Assembly: GCA_963847445.1 (NCBI GenBank)
Contig: CAWJZV010000048.1
Span: 1 to 64,000 of the forward strand
DNA: 64,000 bases
Reading direction: 5' to 3'
Source: an uncultured delta proteobacterium
GTDB taxonomy: Bacteria; Desulfobacterota; Binatia; UBA9968
The stretch's first letter is position 1; each line of letters starts with the position of its first letter. Shown in pieces: positions 41,646 to 54,309 of the stretch. The translations under genes and the position numbers were made by a program. The notes below the pieces were generated by a model. The model was given only the letters and a program-made list of their open reading frames with translations. It did not search any database and had not been told where the DNA came from.

Positions 41646-42971
41646 TAGTTATTCGCTTTAGTCGGAATCAAGGTGCCAACCGTACGGTTGTCCCGTTGGA
41701 GATATTTCTGCGCCACACGGCGAAGATCTTCCCGAGTGACTTTACGCATATTGTCGAGATAACTATCGACCAAGCGCCAGCCACCGACCATTTCGTAGTA
41801 ACCGACCTTCATCGCCTGGCCGAAGATCGAGTCTTGGGCGAAGATAAAGGCCGCTTCGATTTGATTTTTGGCTTTCTGCAATTCGCGTTCGCTCACCAAC
41901 GCGACTTTAACCTTGTCGAGCGAGCGGTCAATTTGCTGCTCGACATTGGCCAGCTCAGCGCCGGGCAACAGTTGCGCGGAAATTGAAAACCCCGTGGCGT
42001 CCATGGACACCGCGCTGTAGTCGGCATCGATGCCGCGCACCAAGCGTTTTTGGTACACCAGCTCTTGATACAAACGCGAACTCTTGCCGCCGGCCAACAC
42101 GATTGACAGCAGATCCAGCGCAAAACTGTCGGGGCTATGGAGGTTGGGCGCGTGATGAAACAGCATCAGCATCGGCAGTTCGGCCTCTTTTTTCAGCGTC
42201 ACGCGTTTTTCACCGCGCTGGGACGGCTCGACCAGCGTCAGCTTTGGCGGTGCGGAGCCGCGCGGAATCTTGCCGTAGGCGGCTTTGATCTTGGCCAGCA
42301 TTTCGTCCGAATCGAAGTCGCCGACCATGACGATCACCGCGTTGTTGGGCGCATAGTAAAGTTTGTAAAAATCCACCAAGTCCTGGCGCGTCAGGCTTTG
42401 AATATCCTCCATCCAGCCGACCACGGGACGGCGATAAGGATGAATGGTGTAAGCCACCGATGCGGCGATCTCATAAAGCGCCGAACCGGGATTGTCGTCG
42501 GTGCGCAAGCGGCGCTCTTCTTGAATCACTTTCTTTTCCGGCTCGAAGTAAGTGTCGCCCAACAGCGCATTGGCCATGCGGTCAGCTTCCAGTTCGAGCT
42601 GAATATGAATCTTGTCCCGGCTCATGGTCGCGAAATAGACCGTCATGTCCGAACGTCGTAAAAGCGTTGGACCGGCCGCCGTTCTTGGCGATGATCCGCG
42701 AGTACTCTTCCGGCGCCGTCGTCGGCGTGCCCTTGAACAGCATATGCTCGAGAAAATGCGCCAAGCCGCTTTTGCCATCTTTTTCATTGCGCCCGCCGAC
42801 CCGGTACCACACTTGAAACGTCACCGCCGGACTCTTGTGATCTTCCAAGAGCAGCACTTTCAAACCGTTGTCGAGGATGAATTCTTGGACTTGCGCGGCG
42901 TAGAAGCGGCGGCGAATGAGTGAAGCAAGAACAAAGCGATCAAGCAGCGTGAATCGACGAAGCCAAATCAT
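41645..42971 (-). CDS. M16 family zinc peptidase, catalytic subunit (frameshifts)
   Basis: GLAHFLEHMLFKGT, NAFT, EERRLR, YYAPNNA. Confidence 0.9.
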
Positions 42972-43064
42972 GCTGACAAAGCTAAAGGATGAGGTCTCAA
43001 AGTCAAGCGAATCGTGAAGAGGCCGCAAGCGGATTCGCTTCGCAGCGGAATTCCCGACACTCCA

Positions 43065-44338
43065 TTACGGCAACACTGCAATCAGCCCGGCCGGCGCGCA
43101 AAAAAGACCAGCAGCGGCGGACAGCAGGTAGCTGGTGAGAAAAAACAGCAAAGCGGCGCGATAGTTGCCGCTCCAATCGAAGGCCACGCCGGCCACCAAG
43201 GCGCCGACGCCGAGGCCGCCTTTGTGAAACGGTTCGAGCACACCACTGATAGCGCCGAAGGAGCGCCGGCCGAAATAGTGCGCCAGCATGATTTGGGTCA
43301 ACACCGCCGTGCCGCCGCGCGCGCTGATGCCAAAGAGTACACCGAACAGATAGGCCGTGAGCGGCGTATTGACATGCATCAACAACGCCACCGACGCCGC
43401 CGACAGCGCCGTCGTCGTCACGCTCAAACTGCGCGGTGAAAGCCGCTCCGCCAAGGCGCCCCAGATGCCGTTGCCGAACGCGCCCGAGAGCGCCATCACG
43501 CTCACCGCGCCGGCGGCGACGGCCGGTGGAATCTGCACATCGGTAAAATAAGCGACGGTGTGAAAGGCGATGCCGCCGGTGCCAAGCGACGCAAGAAATA
43601 CGCTCGCCACCAGCAACCACAGCGCACTCGTCTGCACCGCTTCGCGCGCGCGTCCAACTGCGCTCGGCATTCGACCGAAGTCGGCGACCGCAGCCGTCGA
43701 GATCGCGTCAGGGTGTAAAATGGGCGCCACGCCGTCGGGATACATGCCCAGATCTTCGGGTTGGCGGCGCAGGAAAATCGCCGCCGGCACGACGACCAAA
43801 AGCAAAAACGCCAAGCCTAAAACTAGAAACGCACTGCGCCAGCCATAGTGGGTGACGAGAAATTGATAGATCAAAGTCATCGCCGCCGAACCCAGCGGTG
43901 TCGACATCGCCACCAACCCCATGGCGCGCGGCCGCTTGACGTGAAACCAATTGGCGATCGCCGTGTACGGGCACGACGCCGCAAAGGAGAAATTCCGTCA
44001 GTGCCCGCGCCGGAATAAACGTCGCGTAAAACTGCCACGGCGCCGTGCTCAGACTCACGCCGATGGACAGCAGTGCCGACCAGAATACCACCGAGCGGCA
44101 ACAACACCCGCGGCCCATAGCGATCCGCCACCGGGCCGAACAACGGCGACAGCAGGCCGCCGCCAAACGATCCCAAGGTAATCGCCGCCGCCGTGACGCT
44201 CCGGCTCCAGCCGAGATCTTCGCTGATCGGCTTCAACACCACCGCCATGGTGACATTGCTCACGCCGGATGAGATAAAACCCGCGACCATGGCGATGGCG
44301 ACAATGATCCAGCCGTAGAAGAAGGGAAACTGCACCAA
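43065..44338 (-). CDS. MFS transporter (frameshifted)
   Basis: FYGWIIV, GWSRS, ADRYGPR, YFGRRSFGAISG; multiple TM helices. Confidence 0.88.
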
Positions 44339-44507
44339 GCTGTCTTACTATACTTCCGAAATAAATATCAGCTGGATTCTTGCAGATCGGGTTGGCGCAG
44401 CGTAACCCGAGACTTTGGCGGCGCATAGCCCACACGAATGCAACGTCTCGCATGTTGGATCACGTCGACGTTCATGAAGATGGCAATCACATCCCGCCAT
44501 CCTTGGA

Positions 44508-44536
44508 TTGACTCCCCTCTCCCGCCGCCATACTAT
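44508..44536 (+). promoter_or_regulatory. Sigma70 promoter of the UbiD-family gene
   Basis: TTGACT-17 bp-TACTAT followed by AGGAGG RBS. Confidence 0.65.
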
Positions 44537-44558
44537 TGCGCCAATTTAGGAGGAACCA

Positions 44559-45991
44559 ATGGCTGACGTTACCGACATGCGGGGCTACATCGAAGTGCTC
44601 AAAGAGATGGGCGAGCTGCGCGAACTTGAGCGGCGTGGATTTGGACTTGGAGGTGGGCGCGCTCACCGAGCGGGCGGCGGAAAAAGAAGGCGACGCGCTG
44701 CTGTTCAACAATTTTAAAGACTATCCGTCGGGTTTTCGCGTTATCACCAACGTCTTTCGCACCTGCAAGCGCACCGGTCCGGCGATGGGCATCGCCGCGC
44801 AAAACGGCATCGATTTTCTCCACGAATGGCGCAAAAAGCTCGCGGCCTACAAACCCGTGCCGGTACAGCAGGTCGAAGGCGGCCCGGTGATGGAAAACCA
44901 GATGGTCGACGATCAGGTCGATCTCTACAAATTTCCCACGCCCAAATGGCATGATCTCGACGGCGGGCCGTTCATCGGCACCGGCTGCGGCGTCATCACC
45001 AAAGATCTCGACACCGGCAAGATCAACGTCGGCACCTACCGGGTCATGGTGCAGGACAAAAATCACGTCTCGGTAAAGATGAACATGGGCAAACATGGCC
45101 GGCTTGCTTTCGAGCGCGCCCGCGATGCCGGCAAGCCGTTGCCGATCGCAATCACCCTGGGCCAAGGTCCGGCGGTGTTTCTCGCCGCACAGATGCCGTT
45201 GCCGCCGGATGTCAACGAGTTTGAATTCGCCGGTTATCTACAAGGCGCGCCGGTCGCCGTCGCGCGCGGCGCGGTCACCGGACTGCCGATTCCGGCCAAC
45301 GCCGAAATTGTTCTCGAAGGCGAACTGCCGCCGATGAAAGATGAAGACATGCCGAAGGAAGGTCCCTTCGGCGAGTGGCCGGGATATTTCACCGATGAAA
45401 ACGTCGGCGAGACCCCGGTGATGACGGTTAAGCGCGTTTACTATCGCAACGATCCGATCCTGCTCGGGCGCGCCGCCGCTCAAGCCGCCGGCGAGTTATC
45501 TGCCGATGCCGCTGGGCGCGGCGACTTTGTGGGAACAGTTGGAGAAAGCCGGTATTCCCGAAGTCAAAGGCGTGTGGGGTTTTGTTTACGGCGGACAGCC
45601 CGGACCATTCACCGTGGTCGCGATCAAGCAGCGCTACGCCGGCCACGCCAAACAAGCGTTACTGGTCGCCGCCGGCGCCCGCGCCGGAGCTTATGGCGGC
45701 AAGTTTGTCGTCGTCGTCGATGACGATATCGACATTACCAATCCAGGCGAGGTGATCTGGGCCATCGCCACGCGCTGCTACGTGCGCGGCGGCATCGACA
45801 TCGTCAAAGACGTTTGGGCTTCGGTGTGCGAACCGGCGATGCCGCCGGAGGAACGTTCACCGCGCGGTTACACGTCGGACCGCGTGCTCATCGACGCTTG
45901 CCGGCCGTATAAATGGATGGATCAGTTCCCGGCAGTCAATGCCTTCGAAAAAGAGTTCAAGGACAAGATCGCCGATAAGTTTAAGCTGTAA
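44559..45991 (+). CDS. UbiD-family prFMN-dependent (de)carboxylase (frameshifts)
   Basis: NVGTYR, AEIVLEG, EGPFGEWPGY, VVDDDIDI, WAIATR. Confidence 0.9.
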
Positions 45992-46094
45992 GGGAACTTT
46001 ACCCCATGGCCCGCAGGGAGACGCAATATATCGCTGGAATCAACGTCAAACTAGGTAGTATCTAGCGGTCGCGCGACCAAAAAGGAGCCAGCAG

Positions 46095-46747
46095 ATGGGC
46101 ACGATCGAAGCCTTAAGCTTGGCCATGGGGACGGCCTGGACCTCGGGCATCAATCTTTACGCTACGGTGGCGGCCTTGGGTATCGCCCGGCAGATGGAGC
46201 TGATCCAACTGCCGCACAATCTCGAAGTCCTCGCCCATCCGGCAGTGATCGCCATCGCCTGCATCATGTACGTCATCGAGTTTTTCGCCGACAAGGTGCC
46301 CTATGTTGGACAGCGGTTGGGATGCCCTCCACACATTTATCCGTGTGCCCGCCGGCGCCATCCTGGCGGCGCGCGCACTGGGCGACATGAATCCGGCGCT
46401 GGAATTAGCCGCCATGCTCGCCGGCGGCACCATCACGCTTGGCCGCCCATGGCGCCAAAGCGACCACGCGCTTGGCGATCAACGCCAGCCCGGAACCGTT
46501 CACCAATTGGACCGCCAGCGTCACCGAGGATGTCGCCGTGCTTGGCGGCATCTGGATGATTTTCAATCATCCGATCCTCATGGTAATTTTCGTCGTGGCT
46601 TTCGTCGGGTTGGGAGTTTGGATCGTGCCAAAGTTATTTCGCCTGGCCAAGCGCGGCTTTCAAGCGCTGCGCGATCGCCTGAGCGGCAGCAAACCGGATC
46701 AGACCGCGCCCAACGCCGGCTCGCCGCCAGCGGTGGTGAATTCTTGA
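46095..46747 (+). CDS. DUF4126-like membrane protein (frameshifts)
   Basis: SGINLYA, EFFADKVP, WDALHTFIR, SPEPFTN. Confidence 0.8.
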
Positions 46748-46770
46748 ACCACAGGAAGTAAGCAGACCGA

Positions 46771-47632
46771 ATGAAACAGCAATCGACACCGAGTCAAATC
46801 GACGATCTGCCGGCGACACCGCTCACCCTCGACGGCTCCTATCTGCTGCATCAGATGTTTCGCGTGCGCTGGCCGGCCTGGAAATCGCTCGGCCAAACCC
46901 AGCAGAAACAGGTCTTGGAAAACGCCGCGACTCTGTTCAGGAGTTGGAAGTGAATAAGCAGGCCGCCACCGGGCTCTTCTCGATGCTCGGTCACAAGGGC
47001 GATCTGATGGTCGTTCACTTCCGCAAGACCCCAGACGACTTGAACGGCGCCGAATTGGCCATCGCCCACAGCCAGTTGAACGAGTATCTCGAACCGACGA
47101 CTTCTTATCTCTCGGTGGTCGAGCTCGGCCTCTACGAGGGATCGGTGAAACTCTATGCCGAACTGACCGCCAAGGGTCTTAAGCCCGGCACCGCCGAGTG
47201 GAATCGCGAGATCGAAGCGGAGCTGGCGAAACAGCGCGAAGCCGCGGCGCCACGCCTGTGGCCGGAAATTCCCCTGCGCCGCTATCTGTGTTTTTATCCG
47301 ATGAACAAGTATCGCGGTGAAGCGAAGAACTGGTACAGCGAGCCGATCCGCGAACGCCAGCGCATGATGCGCGATCATGGCATGATCGGCCGCCACTACG
47401 CCGGCCGGGTCACGCAGATCATCTCCGGCTCCATCGGCTTCGACGATTGGGAGTGGGGCGTCGATCTGTTCGCCGACGATCCGCTGGTGTTCAAGAAACT
47501 GGTTTACGAAATGCGCTTCGACGAAGCCAGCGCGGTCTACGGTCTGTTCGGCACTTTCTACGTCGGCCTGCGATTTCCCGGTCAACCAGCTCGAAGTTCT
47601 TTTTTGCCGGCAAGACGCCAAGCTTCAGTTAG
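46771..47632 (+). CDS. hemQ: Coproheme decarboxylase (chlorite dismutase-like family; frameshifts)
   Basis: [52 protein letters not shown]. Confidence 0.85.
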
Positions 47633-47688
47633 TTTCCCATCGGAGAATTTTGAATTGCGCAGCACCCGGGCTCGGCAACGGAGGATCT

Positions 47689-48452
47689 ATGCGGCTCAAA
47701 GACAAAGTCACGATCATCACCGGCGCTGCCCATGGCATCGGCAAAGCCTACGCCCGACGTTTCGCCGAAGAAGGCGCCCACGTGGTGATCGCCGACATCG
47801 ACGCCGCCGGCGGCGAAGCGACGGCCAACGCGATCCTCGACGGCGGCGGCTCGGCCTGGGCGCGCAGCAACCGACGTGCGCAGCCTGCCCGACCTCCAAG
47901 GGCTGATGCAGGAGACCGTGAAAAAATTCGGCCGCGTCGACGTCCTGCTCAACAACGCGGCGATCTATGTCACACAGAAACTCTGGAAAGGCCCGGTGGA
48001 AGATTTAGAATTCGACGAATGGGATCGCGTCATCGAAGTCAATTTGAAAGGCGTGTTTCTTGTGCAGCAAGGCGGCGATCCCGATCATGAAGCAGCAGCG
48101 CTCGGGCAAGATCATCAACATCGCCTCGGGCACTTTTTTTAGCGGCTCGGGCAACATGCCGCATTACACCACGGCCAAAGGCGGCGTGGTCGCGCTCACC
48201 CGCGTCATGGCGCGCCAGTTGGGCGAGTACGGCATCAACGTCAACTGCATGACGCCGGGCTCGACCATGAGCGAGGAAAACGTTTCCGAGGATGTTCTCA
48301 AACGGCGCGAAGGCAGCATCGACAAGCGCGCCTTCCGCCGCATCGAAACCCCCGCCGACATCGTCGGCACCGCGCTGTTTCTCGCCAGCTCGGACAGCGA
48401 TTTTGTCACCGGACAACTTTTAGTCGTCGAAGGCGGCGGCGTCATGCACTGA
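47689..48452 (+). CDS. SDR family oxidoreductase (frameshifts)
   Basis: [24 protein letters not shown]. Confidence 0.9.
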
Positions 48453-48501
48453 CGTCCGCTTCAGCGACAACGAGTGACAATCTCTCGATCGGGAAGACGG
48501 C

Positions 48502-49021
48502 TTAGTTGGAGTTTCCGGTCACGCCATAGACATGACCACAGGCGTTACAGAGCACGACGTTGAAGGGCGCCAAGACGAAATGCTTGCCGTGCGCGCTGCC
48601 GGAGCGGCCTTTACGCGAGACAATATGATCGATTCCGACCACCGAGCAGGACGGGCACTTGGGTTCCGGTTCGAGCTTTCTGTTTGAATTCTTGATTGAA
48701 AAATTAGCCGCTGGCCGCTCGCATTGGCCGTTGCTCGTTGGACGGTTGCTCTTTTTCTCTGGACTCTTCTTCGGCCGGCTCTTCGCTCTCCTCGGCCCCG
48801 CCGGGTGATTGATACCATCGTAAGACTCGCCGTTTCAAAGCATCCGATAGTACCGCGTAGGCGTCGCGCACTTGAGTGAATTTGTCGGCGGCTTCCGGAT
48901 TGTCCGGGTTGCGGTCCGGATGAAAGCGAAAAACCATCTGACGGTAGGCGCGCTTGATGTCGTCCACCGAGGCGCTGGGCTTGACTCCAAGTATCGAATA
49001 GTAGTCGACGGAAGTGTCCAA
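48502..49021 (-). CDS. J-domain protein with C-terminal zinc ribbon (frameshifts)
   Basis: DYYSILGV, HPD motif; manual translation of the 3' part gives KCPSC...LCNACGHVYG. Confidence 0.75.
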
Positions 49022-49074
49022 TTTCGCAGGCCTTCAGTAGTTTTCTAGTCTGTAATCCTCGAAGTTCGAATGCA

Positions 49075-49593
49075 TTACTTTGAGCGGCATCGGCCTTCGG
49101 TTCCGGTCAATTTGCCGCGTTGCTTGTACATGGCGACGCACATGTCGTAGATCGCCGCGCCGGCACGGTCGTCGATGACATGTTCGCCGTCACGGCTGAG
49201 TGTATTCGACAATGAATGTCAACTCCTTGACGCGCCGGTCATTGTTGGATAACCGCACCAGCTTTGCTTCATTGCGATCGAGAAATTCGCCGATCGTCCG
49301 AAAGATTTGCGGTTGATTGAGAAAATCCTTCGACGGCGCCATCTTGCCGCGCGAATCTCGCACCGGCCCGGTCCAATTCTTCGATGTCGCCAGGACAATA
49401 CTTCAATTCCACCGGAGTCGCCGCCGGCGGCTCCTGGTAGCCGCATAGGGCGACAAACTCCTCGCCGTCGAAACGGATGTCAAAGGTCTTCAGACCTCGA
49501 CGTTCCAAATCTTGGCCGATACTGCGCAGCGCCGTGGCAAAGGCGAAATTCGCGCGATTTGCCTCTCGTGAACGGGCGCGGTTTGGTAATCAT
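49075..49593 (-). CDS. Hypothetical protein with an internal duplicated motif (frameshifts)
   Basis: Joined frames give ALRSIGQDLE and IFRTIGEFLD, ending MCVAMYKQRGK; AGGGAG RBS. Confidence 0.55.
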
Positions 49594-49751
49594 GGCTCCC
49601 TGGAAGGAACTTTTTGACGTCAATGGTAAGAACAGTAGCGCAAAAAATCAACAAAAAAGATCGGGCCGCCGTCCACAAAGGGAAGCGCCGCCGAGTCGCG
49701 TAAATTCTGCGCGAGTGAAGTTGATGGAACTTTTGAGCTGTTAGCGAGACG

Positions 49752-50370
49752 CTAATCGGGAAGCATTGGCAGAGCATCCATGACGCCGATCATGCTGTCT
49801 CGCGTCACCAGTTTCGCCAAATCTTCCTCGCTCCAACCCTCGGTGCCAGCGGGACGTAGCGGCATGACGATATAGCGAATGTCGGCGGTGCTATCGTGCA
49901 CCCGCACTTCGACATCGTCCGGGAACTCCAAACCGAACTCGCGCATGACGCCGCGCGGGTCCGACTACCGAGCGCTGGCGGTAGTTGAAACTCTTGTACC
50001 AATCCGGCGGACGGCCCAGGATCGGCCGCGGGTAGCAGGAACATAAGGTACAGACCACCATGTGGCGCACTTTCGGCGTGTTTTCCAAGACGACGAACTC
50101 GTTGAGCGCCGTGGCGTCGATGCCGATCTCGGCACAGGCCGCTTTGGGATCGTCGATAAAGCGCGCTTTGAACGCCGGATCGACCCAGGCCTTGGCAACC
50201 AGTTTTGCGCCGTTGGCAGGAGTGCGCGCCTCCTGGTATTCGATCTGGCACTGAATGTCTTTCTCGGTGATCACGCCCTTTTCGACCAACAGATCGCGCA
50301 TGGCATAAATCCGTTTGGCGTAGTAGCTCAATTCATGCTTGGGATGATCATGTCCATGGTCGTCGCTCAT
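49752..50370 (-). CDS. Co-type nitrile hydratase alpha / thiocyanate hydrolase gamma-like subunit (frameshift near 49960)
   Basis: [39 protein letters not shown]. Confidence 0.92.
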
Positions 50371-50379
50371 AACATCTCC

Positions 50380-50675
50380 TTATGCCAGCGGATCGAGCCA
50401 GTGATCGTAGATATCGACGAGGACTTTGTCTTTCGGTACCGCGTGACTTGCCGAACACGTCACCGTAATCGAAGGCGACCAGATAAAGCGTCTTCTTGGG
50501 CAAGCCGTCCTTGCCGAAGGCGAGCAAGTTCAGGATTGAGAAAGTCGCCGTAGACCCGTTCGATCCAACCGCTCTTGCCGCGGATATACCAGGGAGTGCG
50601 CAGATGGCCGGGACGATCTTCGAATTTAACTTTGACTCGATCGCCGGTCTGAAATCTGCCGGTGGCGGAAGTCAC
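50380..50675 (-). CDS. Nitrile hydratase beta C-terminal SH3-like subunit (frameshifts)
   Basis: FQTGDRVKV, GHLRTPWYIRGKSG, VDIYDHWLDP; GTGA overlap with the upstream gene. Confidence 0.85.
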
Positions 50676-50987
50676 GGCTCGCCCCACTTGGATTCGAAGT
50701 CGGCGAGCTTCTGGTCGATCTCTGCTTTGGTGAGAATATTTTTTTCGATGAGGATCGCTTCGATGCTGGCGATCCAACGCTCGTAGTAAGTCATGTCGCG
50801 GTACGCCGCGGAATCCATCTCCTCGCGCGCCCGGCGCATCTCGTCGGTGCGCTTGATGCCGCGCGCGCCGAGCGCCTGGTTGACCGCGTCGGCGAGAATT
50901 TCCCAATCGGACAGTGGATGCTCCGCACTGATCGATGGCTCGCCCGCTCCGGGCAAGCCCGCCGACATCGTGATGACCACGCGCCAT
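50672..50987 (-). CDS. Nitrile hydratase beta N-terminal-like subunit (frameshift near the 5' end)
   Basis: HHDVGG, DWE, DEMRRARE, YYERW. Confidence 0.85.
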
Positions 50988-51002
50988 ACAAACTCTCCTC
51001 GG

Positions 51003-52778
51003 TTATCCTTTGAGACGGTTGGCGAGCGCGCTATGCTCTTCCTTCATACCCGCCGGCAGATGATCGCCGAAGGTGTCGAAGAAGTCGCTCTGGCTCTTTA
51101 AGATTATTTTTCCAGCCGTCGCGATCCACCGACACCAGTTGATCGACATCGGCTTTGGCAACTATCGAGCCCATCGCCGGTTAGGCTCGAGGCCTTGGGC
51201 ACAAAGCCGATCGGCGTCTCGTCGGCCGGCCGCCGCCCTTGGAGCGCTCGACGACCCAACGCAGCACGCGGAGATTTTCGCCGAATCCCGGCCAGAGAAA
51301 GCGGCCCCGTTCGTTACGCTGGAACCAATTGACGCGGAAAATTTTCGGCGGATTGGTCGCCTTTTTGCCCATCGCCAACCAGTGCGCCCAATAATCGCCC
51401 ATGTTGTAGCCGCAAAACGGCAGCATCGCCATCGGATCGCGCCGCACCACACCGACGGCGCCAGTCGCCGCCGCCGTGGTCTCGGAAGCCAAGGTCGCGC
51501 CGAGGAAAGTGCCATGCTGCCAATTGAAGGATTGGTAGACCAAAGGAATGAGTTTCTGCCGGCGCGCGCCGAAAAGAATCGCGCTGATCGGCACGCCTTC
51601 GGGCTTTTCCCACTCCGGCGAATAGGTCGGACACTGTTTGATCGATACCGTAAAGCGCGCAGTTGGGGTGTGCTGCCGGGGTGCCGCCCTCGGGATCCCA
51701 GGGCTTGCCGCGCCAATCTTGCGCGTTGGCCGGCACCGGATCGTCGTGGCCTTCCCACCACACCGTGCCGTCGTCGCGCAGCGCCACGTTGGTGAAGATG
51801 GTGTCCTTCTTAACCGTCTTCACGGCGTTGGGGTTGGTATTCGAGCCAGTCCCCGGCGCGACGCCGAAAAATCCCGCCTCCGGATTGATCGCCCAGAGTC
51901 TGCCGTCGGAGCCAACGCGCAACCAAGAGATATCGTCGCCGACGGTGTGAATCTTCCAACCCTTCATGCTCGCCGGCGGCACCAACATCGCCATATTGGT
52001 CTTACCGCAGGCACTCGGAAAAGCGCCGCACACATAGGTGATCTCGCCGTCGGGACTTTCCACGCCGACGATCAGCATATGCTCGGCCATCCAGCCTTCT
52101 TGTTGGCCTAACTTGCTGGCGATGCGCAGGGACAAACATTTTTTCGCCAGCAGGGCGTTACCGCCGTATCCCGAGCCGACACTCCAAACCGTGTTGTCTT
52201 GAGGGTAATGGCAGATGAAACGGCGCTCCATATCGAGATCGGCCTTGGAATGGAGGCAGCGGGTAAAATCGTCCGAGTTGCCGAGATGATTCAAAGCGAT
52301 TTTGCCCATGCGCGTCATCAGCCGCATGTTAAGCACTACATAGACGCTATCGGTCACCTGGACACCGACTTTGCTGAAACTACGATCCCGCCGGCCCCAT
52401 GAGAAAAGGAATGACGTAAAGCGTCCGCCCGCGCATCGAGCCGGCGAAGATCTTGCCGAGCTTGTCATAGGACTCCGCCGGCGCCATCCAGTTATTGTTG
52501 GGACCGGCCTCTTCCTGTTCGTCGGTACAAACGAAAGTCAGATTCTCCGTGCGCGCCACATCGTTCTGCGCGCTGCGGTGCAGGTAACAACCTGGCATTT
52601 CCTTCTGATTGAGCGGCAACAGATCGCCGCACTGCACGGCGATCTTGGTCAGCTGCTCTTTTTCTTCTTCCGAACCATCGCACCAGTAGACGCTCTCGGG
52701 CTGGCACATCGCCGCCACGCTGTTAACCCAATTTTGAATATGTGAATTTGCCGGCACCGTTCCAGTAACGTTACTCAT
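51003..52778 (-). CDS. pckG: Phosphoenolpyruvate carboxykinase (GTP) (frameshifts)
   Basis: [47 protein letters not shown]. Confidence 0.95.
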
Positions 52779-52941
52779 GGGTGATAGCTGCTTCCTTTCC
52801 GAAATGCGCTGGCGAGGTTTGTGAATCAGCCTCGCAACCGCTGTCCAAGACAGCGATATCGTTAACGTTCAATAGGGTTCGTAGGGTATCTGATTGGCCC
52901 GGTTGATGTCAATAAACCGTGCCCGTCGGCGCGCCAAAACT

Positions 52942-53845
52942 TCAATGAAAAACCCGGTACAGTCGCCAGCGGGCGCCGGGCAAATCCTCGGTCCATCGCA
53001 CCAGCGCAACCAGCTCGCCGGCTTGATCGAGAATCGACAGTAGAGATGCGCCGTGAGCTGGAACCGTTAGTTGCGATAACATTTCCTGCTGCCCCTGGCG
53101 CAACCGCGCGATCGACCGGCTGTCCCAAACCACCGCCGGCAGATGGCTCAAGGCTTTCGCCAGCGTGACCAGCGGCACGACACCGCTTGCCATCGCAACT
53201 TCCAGCTGGTCGATGGTCGTTGCTTGCGCCAGCGACAGATGGTCGCAGGCCAGGCGCCGAAGCTTGATCAGATGGGCGCCGCAACCCAATTCCGTCCCCA
53301 TATCCGCAGCCAATGTCCGCACGTAGGTGCCGCGCGAACAAGTCACCTCGAACTCGATCTCAGTGTCGCTGAGACGGCGCAAGTTCGAGCCCATCGACCT
53401 GTATCGACCGCGGCGCGCGCTCGATTTCTTGCCCTTGCCGGGCGAGTTCATACAAACGCACGCCATCTTTTTTTAACGCCGAAAACATCGGCGGCACTTG
53501 GGTTTGCGCGCCGGAAAATTTCTCTTCGAGACGGCGCAAATCGCTATCCGCCAAGACCGGAACCGGCCGCTCGTCGATCACTTTCCCGGTGGCGTCTTGG
53601 CTGTCCGTGGCAACTCCCAAGACCATGACGGCGCGGTAGCTCTTGGCGCCGCCAAGAAAAATATCGGCGATCTTGGTGCCCTCGTTGACGCCGATCGGCA
53701 GCAAACCCGACGCGAACGGATCGAGAGTCCCCAAATGGCCGACCCGTTTAGCGCCGAGTATTTTTTTGACGCGATGAACCACATGAGCCGACGACGGTCC
53801 TTCGGGTTTATCGATCAGTAAAAGACCGCTTTGGATATAAGTCAT
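52942..53845 (-). CDS. truB: tRNA pseudouridine(55) synthase (frameshift near 53430)
   Basis: DKPEG, GHLGTLDPFASG, PPMFSA, CSRGTYVRTL. Confidence 0.95.
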
Positions 53846-53928
53846 GATCTCGCGGCCACCCGCTGTGACAAGAAATTCGCCGCGAAAAGGTACCCAGCAT
53901 CGAAGATTAATTTGCCGCGGCCGCGAAA

Positions 53929-54282
53929 CTAGTCCTCAGTCTTGTTGACCTGCTTGAGCAGCGCATCGATGCGCTGCGCTTCATCGGCGGACTCGTCGTA
54001 GGTAAACTCGATGTTCGGAACGAAACGGAGATTCAACTGCTTGGCCGCTTTGGTACGAATGAAGCCGCTGGCGCTTTTGAGGCCCGCTGCGGCATCGTCA
54101 TGGTTTGCCGATCCGCCCCCGAGCAGATTGAAATAAATGCGCGCATGGCGCAGATCCTTGGACATTTTAACCGCCGTCAAAGCAACGTCGCGGACCCGTG
54201 GATCGCGGATCTCGCGACGCAAAAGCTCCGAGGTCACCTCCAAAAGCAAATCGCCGACGCGGTCTGAACGTTGGTATTCCAT
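53929..54282 (-). CDS. rbfA: Ribosome-binding factor A
   Basis: RSDRV, IRDPR, SKDLRHA, LRFVP; position after infB. Confidence 0.93.
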   Translation of the reverse strand: MEYQRSDRVGDLLLEVTSELLRREIRDPRVRDVALTAVKMSKDLRHARIYFNLLGGGSANHDDAAAGLKSASGFIRTKAAKQLNLRFVPNIEFTYDESADEAQRIDALLKQVNKTED

Positions 54283-54309
54283 GCGGGTTTACTTTGACAA
54301 AAATTTATT

